Shown: positions 6,324-17,156 of the stretch, piece after piece
How positions within the stretch are numbered: position 1 is the stretch's first letter
Layout of the letters: the number at the start of each line of letters is the position of its first letter
DNA from: Candidatus Tenderia sp.
GTDB lineage: Bacteria > Pseudomonadota > Gammaproteobacteria > Tenderiales > Tenderiaceae
Assembly (NCBI GenBank): GCA_031416075.1
Contig: JANOSY010000017.1
Location: 121,691 to 153,690, forward strand
Direction of reading: 5' to 3'
Length of the DNA: 32,000 nucleotides
The notes under the pieces: generated by a model
The model's database searches: none
Told to the model about the DNA's origin: nothing
Seen by the model: only the letters and a program-made list of their open reading frames with translations
Translations under genes and position numbers: made by a program

Positions 6324-7484
6324 ATGGAAAAACAATCCACTATCCGCTCGCTGCAACGGCGCAGCATAGTGACTGCTGTTAGCGCTGCCTGCCTGTTGAC
6401 TGCCTTGGGGGCTGAGGCGGGTGGTACTGTGAGTTTTGGGGATGACAAATCCATCACGGTGGGGTTGGGTCTGCGCACCAGCTTTAGCAGTGTTGAGGAT
6501 GGTGCGCCGAGTGGAGCCAGCCGCTCGTCGGATTTTGCTATGGATAGTCTGCGTCTGTACGTAAACGGTTCTCTTAGCAAACAGATCAAGGCGACCTTCA
6601 ATACCGAAAAAGATGGTAGCGACAATATCAAGATGCTGGACGGCTACGCCCAGTTTGAATATTCAGATGAACTTAACATCTGGGTGGGGCGTATGTTGCC
6701 GCCTAGCGACCGTTCCAATCTGGATGGTCCTTATTATCTGAGCGGCTGGGGGTATCCAAGCGTTTCACAATATCCGGCCAAGTTTGCCGGGCGTGATAAC
6801 GGCGTTAACGTTTGGGGCAAGCTGCTCGACAAAAAACTGACCTATGCGGTGGGGGCGTTTGAAGGCCACAACAACTTTGCCGGTGCCTCTAGCGAAGATG
6901 ACAACCTGCTTTACGCCGGTCGTGTTCAGTACGACTTCTGGGACAACTCGCTTGATCCTGCCTACTACACCAGCAGCACCTATTTCGGCGGCAAAAATGT
7001 GCTCTCCGTTGGTATGGCCGCCATGTATCAAAAAGATGGTGTGGGCAGCGCCGCCGCCAAGGGTAACTATCAGTCCTGGAATCTCGATGCACTGCTGGAA
7101 AAGCCGTTGGCTGATAGCGGCACCGTGACCGTTGAGGCGGCTTATTACAACTACGATACCGGTGATGTTGCCGATGTTGCCCCTGGTTTTGGTGGCTCCA
7201 TGGGCACCGATAATGTGGGTGGTTTAACCCAGGGCACAGCCTATCTGGCGAGTGCTGCCTATCTGCTGCCACAGGCAGTGGGGCCGGGCAAGTTCCAACC
7301 CTATTTGCGTTACCAGAGTTTTGATAGTGACCTGAGCAATGTCACCTCCACGCAGCAAGACCTGGGTGTGAACTACATCCTGAATGGCCATAACGCGCGT
7401 GTCAGCGCCACCTACACCAAAAATGATTCAGACGTGACCACGGCTACAGATAAGTTTGTGGTGGGGCTACAACTACAAATCTGA
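6324..7484 (+). CDS. Outer-membrane porin (OprO/P-like beta-barrel), first gene of the urea uptake cluster; possibly a urea/short-chain-amide channel
   Basis: Signal peptide (SIVTAVSAACLLTALGAEA) followed by alternating beta-strand sequence rich in Y/G/N/D. It lies 37 nt upstream of urtA on the same strand. GGGAG RBS at 6311-6315. Confidence 0.65.
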   Translation: MEKQSTIRSLQRRSIVTAVSAACLLTALGAEAGGTVSFGDDKSITVGLGLRTSFSSVEDGAPSGASRSSDFAMDSLRLYVNGSLSKQIKATFNTEKDGSDNIKMLDGYAQFEYSDELNIWVGRMLPPSDRSNLDGPYYLSGWGYPSVSQYPAKFAGRDNGVNVWGKLLDKKLTYAVGAFEGHNNFAGASSEDDNLLYAGRVQYDFWDNSLDPAYYTSSTYFGGKNVLSVGMAAMYQKDGVGSAAAKGNYQSWNLDALLEKPLADSGTVTVEAAYYNYDTGDVADVAPGFGGSMGTDNVGGLTQGTAYLASAAYLLPQAVGPGKFQPYLRYQSFDSDLSNVTSTQQDLGVNYILNGHNARVSATYTKNDSDVTTATDKFVVGLQLQI

Positions 7485-7521
7485 TTTTTAAATTTTAATC
7501 CCGTTATCAAGGAGCAATGAT

Positions 7522-8799
7522 ATGCAATCGCGTCGTACTTTTATTAAATCCATGACTGCCATCGCCGTTGGCGCGGCGCTCATGAGCGGTGGCTTGGCCG
7601 CACAGGCCGCTGACAAATCGCCGATCAAGGTCGGCATTCTGCATTCACTCTCCGGCACCATGGCGATCTCTGAAACGGCACTTAAGGATATGGCGCTGAT
7701 GACCATTGATGAGATCAACAAAAGTGGTGGTGTACTTGGCCGCCAGCTGGAGCCTGTGGTGGTTGATCCCGCCTCTGACTGGCCGCTGTTTGCTGAGAAG
7801 GGACGTCAGTTACTGAGTCAGGATAAAGTGGCCGTCACCTTTGGTTGCTGGACCTCGGTCTCACGCAAGTCGGTATTGCCGGTCTACAAAGAGTTGAACG
7901 GTCTGCTCTTCTACCCGGTGCAGTATGAAGGTGAGGAGTTGGAGAAAAATGTCTTCTACACCGGTGCCGCACCCAACCAGCAGGCAATTCCCGCCGTTGA
8001 ATATTTGATGAGTGCCGATGGTGGTGGCGCGAAACGTTTTGTGCTGCTGGGTACTGACTATGTTTATCCACGCACTACCAACAAGATCCTGCGTGCCTTC
8101 CTGAAGAGCAAAGGTGTGGCGGATGCCGACATCATGGAGGAGTACACACCGTTTGGTCATGCCGACTATCAGACCATCATCGCCAAGATCAAAAAATTTG
8201 CGGCTGAAGGTAAAAAAACAGCGGTTGTCTCCACCATCAACGGCGACTCTAACGTACCGTTCTACAAAGAGCTGGGCAATCAGGGTTTGAAGGCGAAGGA
8301 TGTGCCGGTTGTTGCCTTCTCTGTCGGTGAAGAGGAGCTGCGTGGCGTGGATACCAAACCACTGGTGGGCCATCTGGCGGCATGGAACTACTTCATGAGC
8401 CTGAAGAATCCGGCCAATGCCGCCTTCACCAAAAAGTGGGCTGAATACGCCAAGGCGAATAAGTTACCGGGTGCGGATAAACCCATCACCAACGATCCAA
8501 TGGAAGCGACCTATATCGGTATTCACATGTGGAAGCAGGCTGTTGAGAAGGCGGGCACCACGGATGTGAATAAGGTAATCGCTGCTGTCGGTGGCCAGAA
8601 GTTTAACGCGCCAGATGGCTTTACCATCGAGATGGATCCTAAAAATCACCACCTGCACAAACCTGTGTTTATTGGCGAGATAAAGGCCGATGGGCAGTTT
8701 AACGTGGTGTGGAAGACCAAGGGGCCAATCAAGGCAGAGCCATGGAGTCCTTACATTGTGGGTAATGACAAAAAGAAGGGTGGGCCAGAGGCTAAGTAA
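7522..8799 (+). CDS. urtA: Urea ABC transporter substrate-binding protein UrtA
   Basis: Tat-like leader MQSRRTFIKSMTAIAVGAAL...AQA, then a LivJ-type binding protein (IKVGILHSLSGTMAISE...). It is followed by the UrtBCDE set and urease genes. Confidence 0.9.
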   Translation: MQSRRTFIKSMTAIAVGAALMSGGLAAQAADKSPIKVGILHSLSGTMAISETALKDMALMTIDEINKSGGVLGRQLEPVVVDPASDWPLFAEKGRQLLSQDKVAVTFGCWTSVSRKSVLPVYKELNGLLFYPVQYEGEELEKNVFYTGAAPNQQAIPAVEYLMSADGGGAKRFVLLGTDYVYPRTTNKILRAFLKSKGVADADIMEEYTPFGHADYQTIIAKIKKFAAEGKKTAVVSTINGDSNVPFYKELGNQGLKAKDVPVVAFSVGEEELRGVDTKPLVGHLAAWNYFMSLKNPANAAFTKKWAEYAKANKLPGADKPITNDPMEATYIGIHMWKQAVEKAGTTDVNKVIAAVGGQKFNAPDGFTIEMDPKNHHLHKPVFIGEIKADGQFNVVWKTKGPIKAEPWSPYIVGNDKKKGGPEAK

Positions 8800-8822
8800 T
8801 TAAATGGTGATTAATACTTTCT

Positions 8823-8913
8823 CCGTTCGTGGTGAGCCTGTCGAACCATGGACGGAGGATTTATCATCAGCAACAATTAACATCACCAGCCCTTCGACAG
8901 GCTCAGGGCGAAG
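8823..8913. repeat. Hairpin repeat element A1: two inverted copies of the core TGAGCCTGTCGAA separated by ~47 nt
   Basis: Core at 8833-8845 (+) and 8893-8905 (reverse complement). The element as a whole resembles 17652-17727. It lies in the urtA-urtB spacer. Confidence 0.8.
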
Positions 8914-8977
8914 AACCTGCCTACTTTCCAGAAAGCTGTTTAACCATGTTGCTGAAGAGGTTCGCAAAACAACTTTC

Positions 8978-10582
8978 ATGAGTATACAAATGCAGATTTC
9001 AAAAATAGTTATCACTGGTCTCATGGCGGGGTGGTTGTTGCTAAGCAGCACCGCACACGCCCTGTCACCTGAAAGCATTACATCACTGACCACGGGCGAC
9101 AATGAGCAGCGTATCGACGCCATCACCAGTGTGGTGAACAGTGGTGATAGCAGCGCCATTGCATTCTTGAAAAACATCCTTAATGACGAGGTCAAACTCG
9201 CCGATGGCAAGATTCTAATCGTCAGCGACAGTGGCGCGGTGGATGCCATCACCGGCCAGGCGGTTGCGCTGCCAGAATATCCGGAAGATCTTATCAACAA
9301 CAACCGTGTGCGTAACGAACTGGATGTCGCTATTGCAGCGCTGAGCCTGCGCTCCAGCGATGATGCCGTGCGGCTGGCGGCGGCTAAAAAATTGCAGCAG
9401 ACCACAACATCGGAGTCGATGTTGCCGCTGGTGCGGCAGGCAGAGAAAAATGAACAGAGTGCAAAGATTCGCACCCTGCTGGTGGAGATTCGCGCCGGCA
9501 TTGAACTCTACAGCAGTGACAAACAGTTACGCCTGGATGCCGCCCATGAACTGGCAGACAGCGCCAGCGCCCAGATTAGGCAGTCACTCACCAGCCGACT
9601 CGAGGCGGATGGCGAGTCCGACCCGCAGGTACGCAAGGCGATTGAGGTTGCCATTCACTCCATCGAACAGCGCCTTGGTTATTATGAGTTTGCCGGAACG
9701 GTTTTTACCGGACTCAGCCTCGGCAGCGTACTGCTGTTGGCAGCGCTCGGCCTGGCGATCACCTACGGCCTGATGGGTGTCATCAACATGGCCCACGGCG
9801 AGATGATGATGCTGGGGGCCTATGCAACCTATATTGTGCAAAATCTGTTTCGCCAATATCTGCCGGAGTGGTTTGATGCCTATGTGCTGGCGGCGATCCC
9901 TGCCGCCTTTATTGTGACCGCGCTGATCGGCGTGGTGATGGAGCGCACGGTGATTCGCCACCTCTATGGCCGACCGCTGGAGACACTGCTGGCCACCTGG
10001 GGCATCAGCCTGATTTTGATGCAGCTGGTGCGCACGCTCTTTGGCGCGCAAAACGTGCAGGTGGAAAATCCCAACTGGATGTCGGGCGGCATCGAACTCT
10101 CATCCAATCTGGTGCTGCCCTACAACCGCATCGACATCATCATCTTCTCCGTTGCCGTGCTGCTGCTCATCTGGCTGCTGCTCAACAAGACCCGCCTCGG
10201 CCTGTTTGTGCGCGCCGTGACACAAAACCGCACCATGGCCGGTTGTGTCGGTGTTAATACCGCGCGTGTCGATACCTGGGCCTTTGCGTTGGGTTCTGGT
10301 GTTGCCGGATTGGCCGGTGTGGCGCTGGCGCAGATCGGTAACGTTGGCCCTGATCTCGGCAAGACCTACATCGTTGACTCTTTTATGGTGGTGGTATTGG
10401 GCGGTGTCGGCCAGCTGGCCGGGACGGTCTACGCCGCCCTGGGCATGGGTGTTGTCAGTAAATTTCTGGAGAGTTTTTCCGGCGCGGTGCTGGCCAAGAT
10501 CATCGTGCTGGTCATTGTTATTATTTTCATTCAGAAACGGCCTCAAGGCATCTTTGCCCTGAAGGGCCGTTCAGTGGAGTGA
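8978..10582 (+). CDS. urtB: Urea ABC transporter permease UrtB, with a ~230-aa N-terminal periplasmic helical-repeat extension
   Basis: LivH-type permease core (AITYGLMGVINMAHGEMMMLGAY...). I placed the start at ATG 8978 (MSIQMQISKIVITGLMAGWLLLSSTAHA, signal-like). The longer ORF from 8804 merely reads through repeat element A1. Confidence 0.85.
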   Translation: MSIQMQISKIVITGLMAGWLLLSSTAHALSPESITSLTTGDNEQRIDAITSVVNSGDSSAIAFLKNILNDEVKLADGKILIVSDSGAVDAITGQAVALPEYPEDLINNNRVRNELDVAIAALSLRSSDDAVRLAAAKKLQQTTTSESMLPLVRQAEKNEQSAKIRTLLVEIRAGIELYSSDKQLRLDAAHELADSASAQIRQSLTSRLEADGESDPQVRKAIEVAIHSIEQRLGYYEFAGTVFTGLSLGSVLLLAALGLAITYGLMGVINMAHGEMMMLGAYATYIVQNLFRQYLPEWFDAYVLAAIPAAFIVTALIGVVMERTVIRHLYGRPLETLLATWGISLILMQLVRTLFGAQNVQVENPNWMSGGIELSSNLVLPYNRIDIIIFSVAVLLLIWLLLNKTRLGLFVRAVTQNRTMAGCVGVNTARVDTWAFALGSGVAGLAGVALAQIGNVGPDLGKTYIVDSFMVVVLGGVGQLAGTVYAALGMGVVSKFLESFSGAVLAKIIVLVIVIIFIQKRPQGIFALKGRSVE

Positions 10583-10586
10583 TGTT

Positions 10587-11687
10587 GTGATGCACTCAAG
10601 CTACCAACCTTTTCTGTTACGCCTGATGGGCAACTCGCGCTGGATCGGTTATGCCGTGGCGCTGGCCATCATCTGCATCCTGATTCCGGTACTGAACCTG
10701 GCGGTGCCGGAGCAGAGCGCGCTGCATCTGTCGGACTACACTGTGTCGCTGCTGGGCAAGATTCTCTGTTACGCCATGGTGGCGCTGGCGATGGATCTGG
10801 TGTGGGGTTACACCGGCATTCTCAGCCTTGGCCACGGCATCTTTTTTGCGCTGGGCGGTTACGCCTTTGGCATGTTCCTGATGCGTGAAGCGGCCGATGC
10901 CGAGGGCGGCAGCCAGCTGCCCAACTTCATGGTCTTTCTCGACTGGCACGAGTATCCTTGGTATTGGGCGGGCAGTGACAGCTTTATCTTCACTCTGTTG
11001 CTGGTGGTGCTGGCGCCAGGAGTGCTGGCCTTTATCTTTGGCTGGTTTGCCTTTCGTTCGCGCATCAAGGGGGTCTATTTTTCCATCATTACTCAGGCGA
11101 TGACCTACGCCTTTATGCTGCTCTTCTTCCGTAACGAGACCGGCTTTGGTGGCAACAACGGCTTTACCGATTTCAAAACCATTCTTGGCATTCCCATCGC
11201 CACAGCTGAAACGCGGATTGTGCTGTTTGCCTTGAGTGGACTGGCGCTGCTGGCAATGTTATGGATGTCGCACCGCATCGTCGAAAGTAAATTTGGCCGG
11301 GTGCTTACCGCGATTCGTGATGCCGAATCGCGGGTGATGTTTTCCGGTTACAACCCACTGCATTACAAACTGGCGATCTGGACCCTCTCGGCGATGATGT
11401 GTGGTGTAGCCGGGGCGCTCTATGTGCCGCAGATCGGCATCATCAACCCGACTGAGATGTCACCCGCCAACTCCATAGAGATCGCCATCTGGACCGCCGT
11501 GGGCGGGCGCGGCACACTCATCGGCCCGCTGATCGGCGCCGGTTTTGTCACGGCGCTCAAGAGCTGGTTCACCGCCAGCTTCCCCGAGTACTGGCTCTAC
11601 TTTCTGGGTGCGCTGTTTATTGTTGTCACACTCTATCTGCCGCACGGGGTGATGGGGCTGGGTAAAAAACTGCTGGGTAAAAAGTGA
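10587..11687 (+). CDS. urtC: Urea ABC transporter permease UrtC
   Basis: LivM-type permease (MDLVWGYTGILSLGHGIFFALGGY...). Start is GTG 10587 or ATG 10590, 5-8 nt after the urtB stop. Confidence 0.9.
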   Translation: MMHSSYQPFLLRLMGNSRWIGYAVALAIICILIPVLNLAVPEQSALHLSDYTVSLLGKILCYAMVALAMDLVWGYTGILSLGHGIFFALGGYAFGMFLMREAADAEGGSQLPNFMVFLDWHEYPWYWAGSDSFIFTLLLVVLAPGVLAFIFGWFAFRSRIKGVYFSIITQAMTYAFMLLFFRNETGFGGNNGFTDFKTILGIPIATAETRIVLFALSGLALLAMLWMSHRIVESKFGRVLTAIRDAESRVMFSGYNPLHYKLAIWTLSAMMCGVAGALYVPQIGIINPTEMSPANSIEIAIWTAVGGRGTLIGPLIGAGFVTALKSWFTASFPEYWLYFLGALFIVVTLYLPHGVMGLGKKLLGKK

Positions 11688-12517
11688 TGAACAGTAATCA
11701 CACCATGACAACCGATGCTGGCCATGTCAGCGACAGCCATCTGCTGCAACCAGGCGTACTCGATACCTCACACGGCGTGGTGCTCTATCTTGATGATGTC
11801 ACCGTTAGCTTCGATGGCTTTCGGGCGCTCAACAAACTGAGCTTCTCGGTGGATGTGGGTGAGCTGCGCTGCATCATCGGCCCCAACGGCGCGGGTAAGA
11901 CGACGATGATGGATAGCATCACCGGCAAGACTCGCCCCGACTCCGGCAGCCTTTTTTTTGGCCAGACCCTGGACCTGACCCGCATGAGCGAGGCCGAAAT
12001 TGCCCAGGCCGGTATCGGTCGCAAGTTTCAGAAACCAACAGTGTTTGAACAGCACACCGTCTTTGAAAATCTGGAGCTGGCGCTCAAGTGCGACAAACGG
12101 ATCTGGCACTCGCTGTTTGGCAAACTGACCGGGCAACAGCGCGACGCCATCGACGCCATCGACGCGATCATGCAGACCATCGCCCTGCAAGAGCTGGCCA
12201 ACAGCCGCGCCGGTCTGCTCTCCCACGGTCAGAAGCAGTGGCTGGAGATCGGCATGTTGCTGGCGCAACAGCCACAACTACTGTTATTGGATGAACCGGT
12301 CGCGGGCATGACCGATCACGAAACAGAACGCACCGCCGAACTGCTTAACTCTCTGGCGGGCAAACACTCCATCGTAGTGGTTGAACACGACATGGATTTT
12401 GTCGCCAGCATCGCCCGCAAGGTGACGGTGCTGCATGAAGGCAGTGTGCTGGCAGAGGGCGACATGGCAACGGTACAGAGCAACGAACAGGTGATCGAGG
12501 TCTATCTTGGACGCTAA
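11684..12517 (+). CDS. urtD: Urea ABC transporter ATP-binding protein UrtD
   Basis: Walker A GPNGAGKTT, followed by ITGKTRPDSG typical of UrtD. Signature LSHGQKQWLEIG and Walker B LLLLDEP. Its start overlaps the urtC stop. Confidence 0.9.
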   Translation: MMNSNHTMTTDAGHVSDSHLLQPGVLDTSHGVVLYLDDVTVSFDGFRALNKLSFSVDVGELRCIIGPNGAGKTTMMDSITGKTRPDSGSLFFGQTLDLTRMSEAEIAQAGIGRKFQKPTVFEQHTVFENLELALKCDKRIWHSLFGKLTGQQRDAIDAIDAIMQTIALQELANSRAGLLSHGQKQWLEIGMLLAQQPQLLLLDEPVAGMTDHETERTAELLNSLAGKHSIVVVEHDMDFVASIARKVTVLHEGSVLAEGDMATVQSNEQVIEVYLGR

Positions 12518-12518
12518 C

Positions 12519-13217
12519 ATGTTGGAAATCAGCGGACTCAACCAGTATTACGGCGGCAGCCATATCCTGCGTGATGTCACATTCTCTGTGCCGATGGGCG
12601 CCTGCACCGTGCTGCTCGGTCGCAACGGCGTGGGTAAAACCACGCTGCTTAAAGCGCTGATGGGGGTGGTGCCGGTCAAGAGTGGCACGACATTGTTTGA
12701 TGGCAAAAACATCACTCACCTGCCCGCCTACAGCCGTGCAGCCGCTGGCATCGCCTATGTGCCGCAGGGGCGCGAAATCTTTGCCCGTCTGACCGTGGAG
12801 GAGAATCTGCTGATGGGGCTGGCCACCGCCAAAGGCAAAAATGCCAAGACCATTCCAGACGATATCTACGCGATGTTTCCGGTACTCAAAGCGATGTTGC
12901 AGCGCCGTGGTGGTGATCTTTCCGGCGGCCAGCAGCAACAGCTGGCGATTGGCCGGGCGTTGATATCGCGGCCAAAATTATTGATTCTTGATGAACCCAC
13001 CGAAGGCATTCAGCCCTCCATCATTAAAGATATCGAACGGGTCATCCGCACACTTTCGCAACGCGGCGACATGGCCATCCTGCTGGTAGAGCAGTACTAT
13101 GACTTTGCCCGCGCCCTGGCAGACCACTACCTCTGCATGTCGCGCGGCCAGATCGTCAAACAGGGGTTAGGGGCTGACATGGACAGTGAAAATATTCGTG
13201 ATTTTGTAACACTGTGA
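12519..13217 (+). CDS. urtE: Urea ABC transporter ATP-binding protein UrtE
   Basis: Walker A GRNGVGKTT, signature LSGGQQQQLAIGRAL, Walker B LLILDEP. ATG 12519 (MLEISGL...) is preferred over the TTG at 12507. Confidence 0.9.
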   Translation: MLEISGLNQYYGGSHILRDVTFSVPMGACTVLLGRNGVGKTTLLKALMGVVPVKSGTTLFDGKNITHLPAYSRAAAGIAYVPQGREIFARLTVEENLLMGLATAKGKNAKTIPDDIYAMFPVLKAMLQRRGGDLSGGQQQQLAIGRALISRPKLLILDEPTEGIQPSIIKDIERVIRTLSQRGDMAILLVEQYYDFARALADHYLCMSRGQIVKQGLGADMDSENIRDFVTL

Positions 13218-14080
13218 TGGTACACAACCACGCTGCCGCCAGCACGACATCCTATAAACGCACACCGTGGCATGCCGAATTACATCTGGGGTTTAGTGAA
13301 CGTGATGGCCGCACTATCCTCAGCCACCGTGACCATCGTGGCCCGTTGGCAATTCAGAAGATGCTCTACCCCGAAGGTGATGCGGTCTGCCACGCCATCA
13401 TCCTGCACCCCCCTGGCGGACTCGCCGGTGGCGACAGACTGGAGATCAACATAAGTGCCGCCACATCCGCACACGCCCTGCTGACCACCCCCGGCGCTGG
13501 CAAGTGGTACAAGGCCAACGGCGCAACGGCATCACAACAGCTGGTGATAAGCACCGCTGACAACGCCACGATCGAGTGGCTGCCACAAGAGACCATCGTC
13601 TACGATGCCGCCGAGGCGCAGTGGCGTGGCGAGGTCCATCTTGCGGAGTCCGCACGTTACGCAGGTTGGGATATCATCTGCCTGGGACGCCAGGCGTGTG
13701 GCGAACAGTTCCGCCAGGGACTGCTGCGCCAGAGCCTGAAGATATTCCGTTCCAATCGCATCATCTGGGGCGAACACGCCAATCTAAAAGGGAGTGATCG
13801 ACTGCTAAGTTCAGCGGCCGGGTTGCGCGGCCAGCCGGTCTTTGCCACCTTTGTGATTGCTGCGGGCGCGATACCACCAGAGCTACTGGAGCAGTGTCGC
13901 GCCGTTAGCGCACCTGGTGATGGCGCCACCTGCGTTACCGCGCTGCCAGAGATTTTTGTCGGCCGTTACCTGGGCCGCAGCACACAATCAGCACGGCTCT
14001 ATTTTGAAGCGCTCTGGGCGCTGTTGCGCCCCTGGTATGCAGGCATGGCCGCACAGCGGCCGCGCATCTGGAACACATAA
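13214..14080 (+). CDS. ureD: Urease accessory protein UreD
   Basis: 288 aa, positioned directly before ureA. UreD-like segments (LYPEGDAVCHAIILHPPGGLAGGD, TTPGAGKWYK). Its start overlaps the urtE stop. Confidence 0.85.
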   Translation: MMVHNHAAASTTSYKRTPWHAELHLGFSERDGRTILSHRDHRGPLAIQKMLYPEGDAVCHAIILHPPGGLAGGDRLEINISAATSAHALLTTPGAGKWYKANGATASQQLVISTADNATIEWLPQETIVYDAAEAQWRGEVHLAESARYAGWDIICLGRQACGEQFRQGLLRQSLKIFRSNRIIWGEHANLKGSDRLLSSAAGLRGQPVFATFVIAAGAIPPELLEQCRAVSAPGDGATCVTALPEIFVGRYLGRSTQSARLYFEALWALLRPWYAGMAAQRPRIWNT

Positions 14081-14087
14081 GGAACCA

Positions 14088-14143
14088 CTGATTAATTCCT
14101 CCGCTCATGGTTCGACAAGCTCACCACGAGCGGAATTAATCAG
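14088..14143. repeat. Hairpin repeat element A3 (single reversed core TGAGCtTGTCGAA inside its own 16-19-bp inverted arms)
   Basis: CTGATTAATTCCTCCGCTC ... GAGCGGAATTAATCAG arms, with the core (one mismatch) at 14111-14123 on the reverse strand. It lies in the ureD-ureA spacer. Confidence 0.75.
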
Positions 14144-14184
14144 TGACACCGCAACTCTAATGCATGAATTAAGGACTAACACCG

Positions 14185-14487
<303 letters not shown>

Positions 14488-14497
14488 GGAGTGCGCC

Positions 14498-14803
14498 ATG
14501 ATCCCCGGAGAGATAATTACCCAGTCAGGCGAGATCGAACTCAACGCCGGACGGCAGACAATCGAGATCGACGTTTCAAACAGTGGTGACCGCCCGATTC
14601 AAGTTGGATCGCACTACCACTTTGCCGAGACCAACGACGCACTCAGTTTTGATCGCCAGCAGGCACACGGCTACCGCCTCGACATCGCCGCCGGAACCGC
14701 CATCCGTTTTGAACCGGGCATGACCCGCCGCGTGCAACTGGTCGCGCTCGCGGGCGAACGCAAGGTATTTGGTTTTCAGGGACGGGTGATGGGGCCGCTT
14801 TGA
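14498..14803 (+). CDS. ureB: Urease subunit beta
   Basis: [19 protein letters not shown]...[21 protein letters not shown] is canonical UreB. ATG 14498 is preferred over the upstream TTG at 14480. Confidence 0.95.
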   Translation: MIPGEIITQSGEIELNAGRQTIEIDVSNSGDRPIQVGSHYHFAETNDALSFDRQQAHGYRLDIAAGTAIRFEPGMTRRVQLVALAGERKVFGFQGRVMGPL

Positions 14804-14858
14804 AACACCCGAATAACCTGGCGATAGAATAAACCTGTGTGTGAGAAAAATATCAGAC

Positions 14859-15350
14859 ATGAAATTTGAAATTGACATCGCAGACCTTTTAAAAATTGAT
14901 GATATCGAGCTATCAGAACTTCTGACACAGGTCTATGTCGCTGGTGGATTCATGGAGCCTGACGAGGCGATTACGCTTTTAGAACCGTCCGCTGTCAGAA
15001 AACGTGGGATGGTAATCGGTGCTCGTGAAACGAAACATCATAAATTGGCTGGTATTGTTATTGTTGTTCCGCCAGATTCGCCGGCCCGACGCATGGCAAA
15101 AAACAGTGAGGCGGAAATGCATCTATTAGGGGTCAAGCCAGAATACAGAGGACATGGTCTCGGTCGAATGCTTATTGAAGCAGTCATTGATAAGGTTAAA
15201 CAGAACAACTTCTCAAAGATTATTTTGTGGACGCAGTTTTCCATGACATCCGCCCAGAAGTTATATGAGGCAGCGGGATTCACTCATATAGATGACATGC
15301 AGAGAAATGGCCGTAGCTTCAAAGTTTATGAGCTGGTGCTTGGTGGCTAA
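14859..15350 (+). CDS. GNAT-family N-acetyltransferase inserted between ureB and ureC
   Basis: GNAT motif A (LLGVKPEYRGHGLGRMLIEAVI) and a motif B region (AQKLYEAAGF). The gene is AT-rich relative to its neighbours. The start could be GTG 14841 or ATG 14859. Confidence 0.75.
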   Translation: MKFEIDIADLLKIDDIELSELLTQVYVAGGFMEPDEAITLLEPSAVRKRGMVIGARETKHHKLAGIVIVVPPDSPARRMAKNSEAEMHLLGVKPEYRGHGLGRMLIEAVIDKVKQNNFSKIILWTQFSMTSAQKLYEAAGFTHIDDMQRNGRSFKVYELVLGG

Positions 15351-15452
15351 TAGCATCAGCGCGGATAACATTTAGATCTTGTTGGATGCCAAACGGGTAA
15401 TCAAGCTGCATCATTAAAAATTGGCACCACACACTTTAGGGGAGCACTGTTT

Positions 15453-17155
<1,703 letters not shown>

Positions 17156-17156
<1 letters not shown>

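Noticed and set aside
8804-8977. N-terminal 58 codons of the 592-aa ORF called for urtB
   Set aside because: This part is a read-through of hairpin repeat A1 (translating to ...SPSTGSGRR...). A signal-like start at ATG 8978 gives a sensible UrtB, so the extension is an ORF-calling artefact.
12143-12169. Three tandem 9-nt units (GACGCCATC x2, then GACGCGATC) inside urtD, encoding DAIDAIDAI
   Set aside because: This is an in-frame micro-duplication in a variable linker of the ATPase. It might be slippage-prone, but there is no sign of phase variation or functional consequence.
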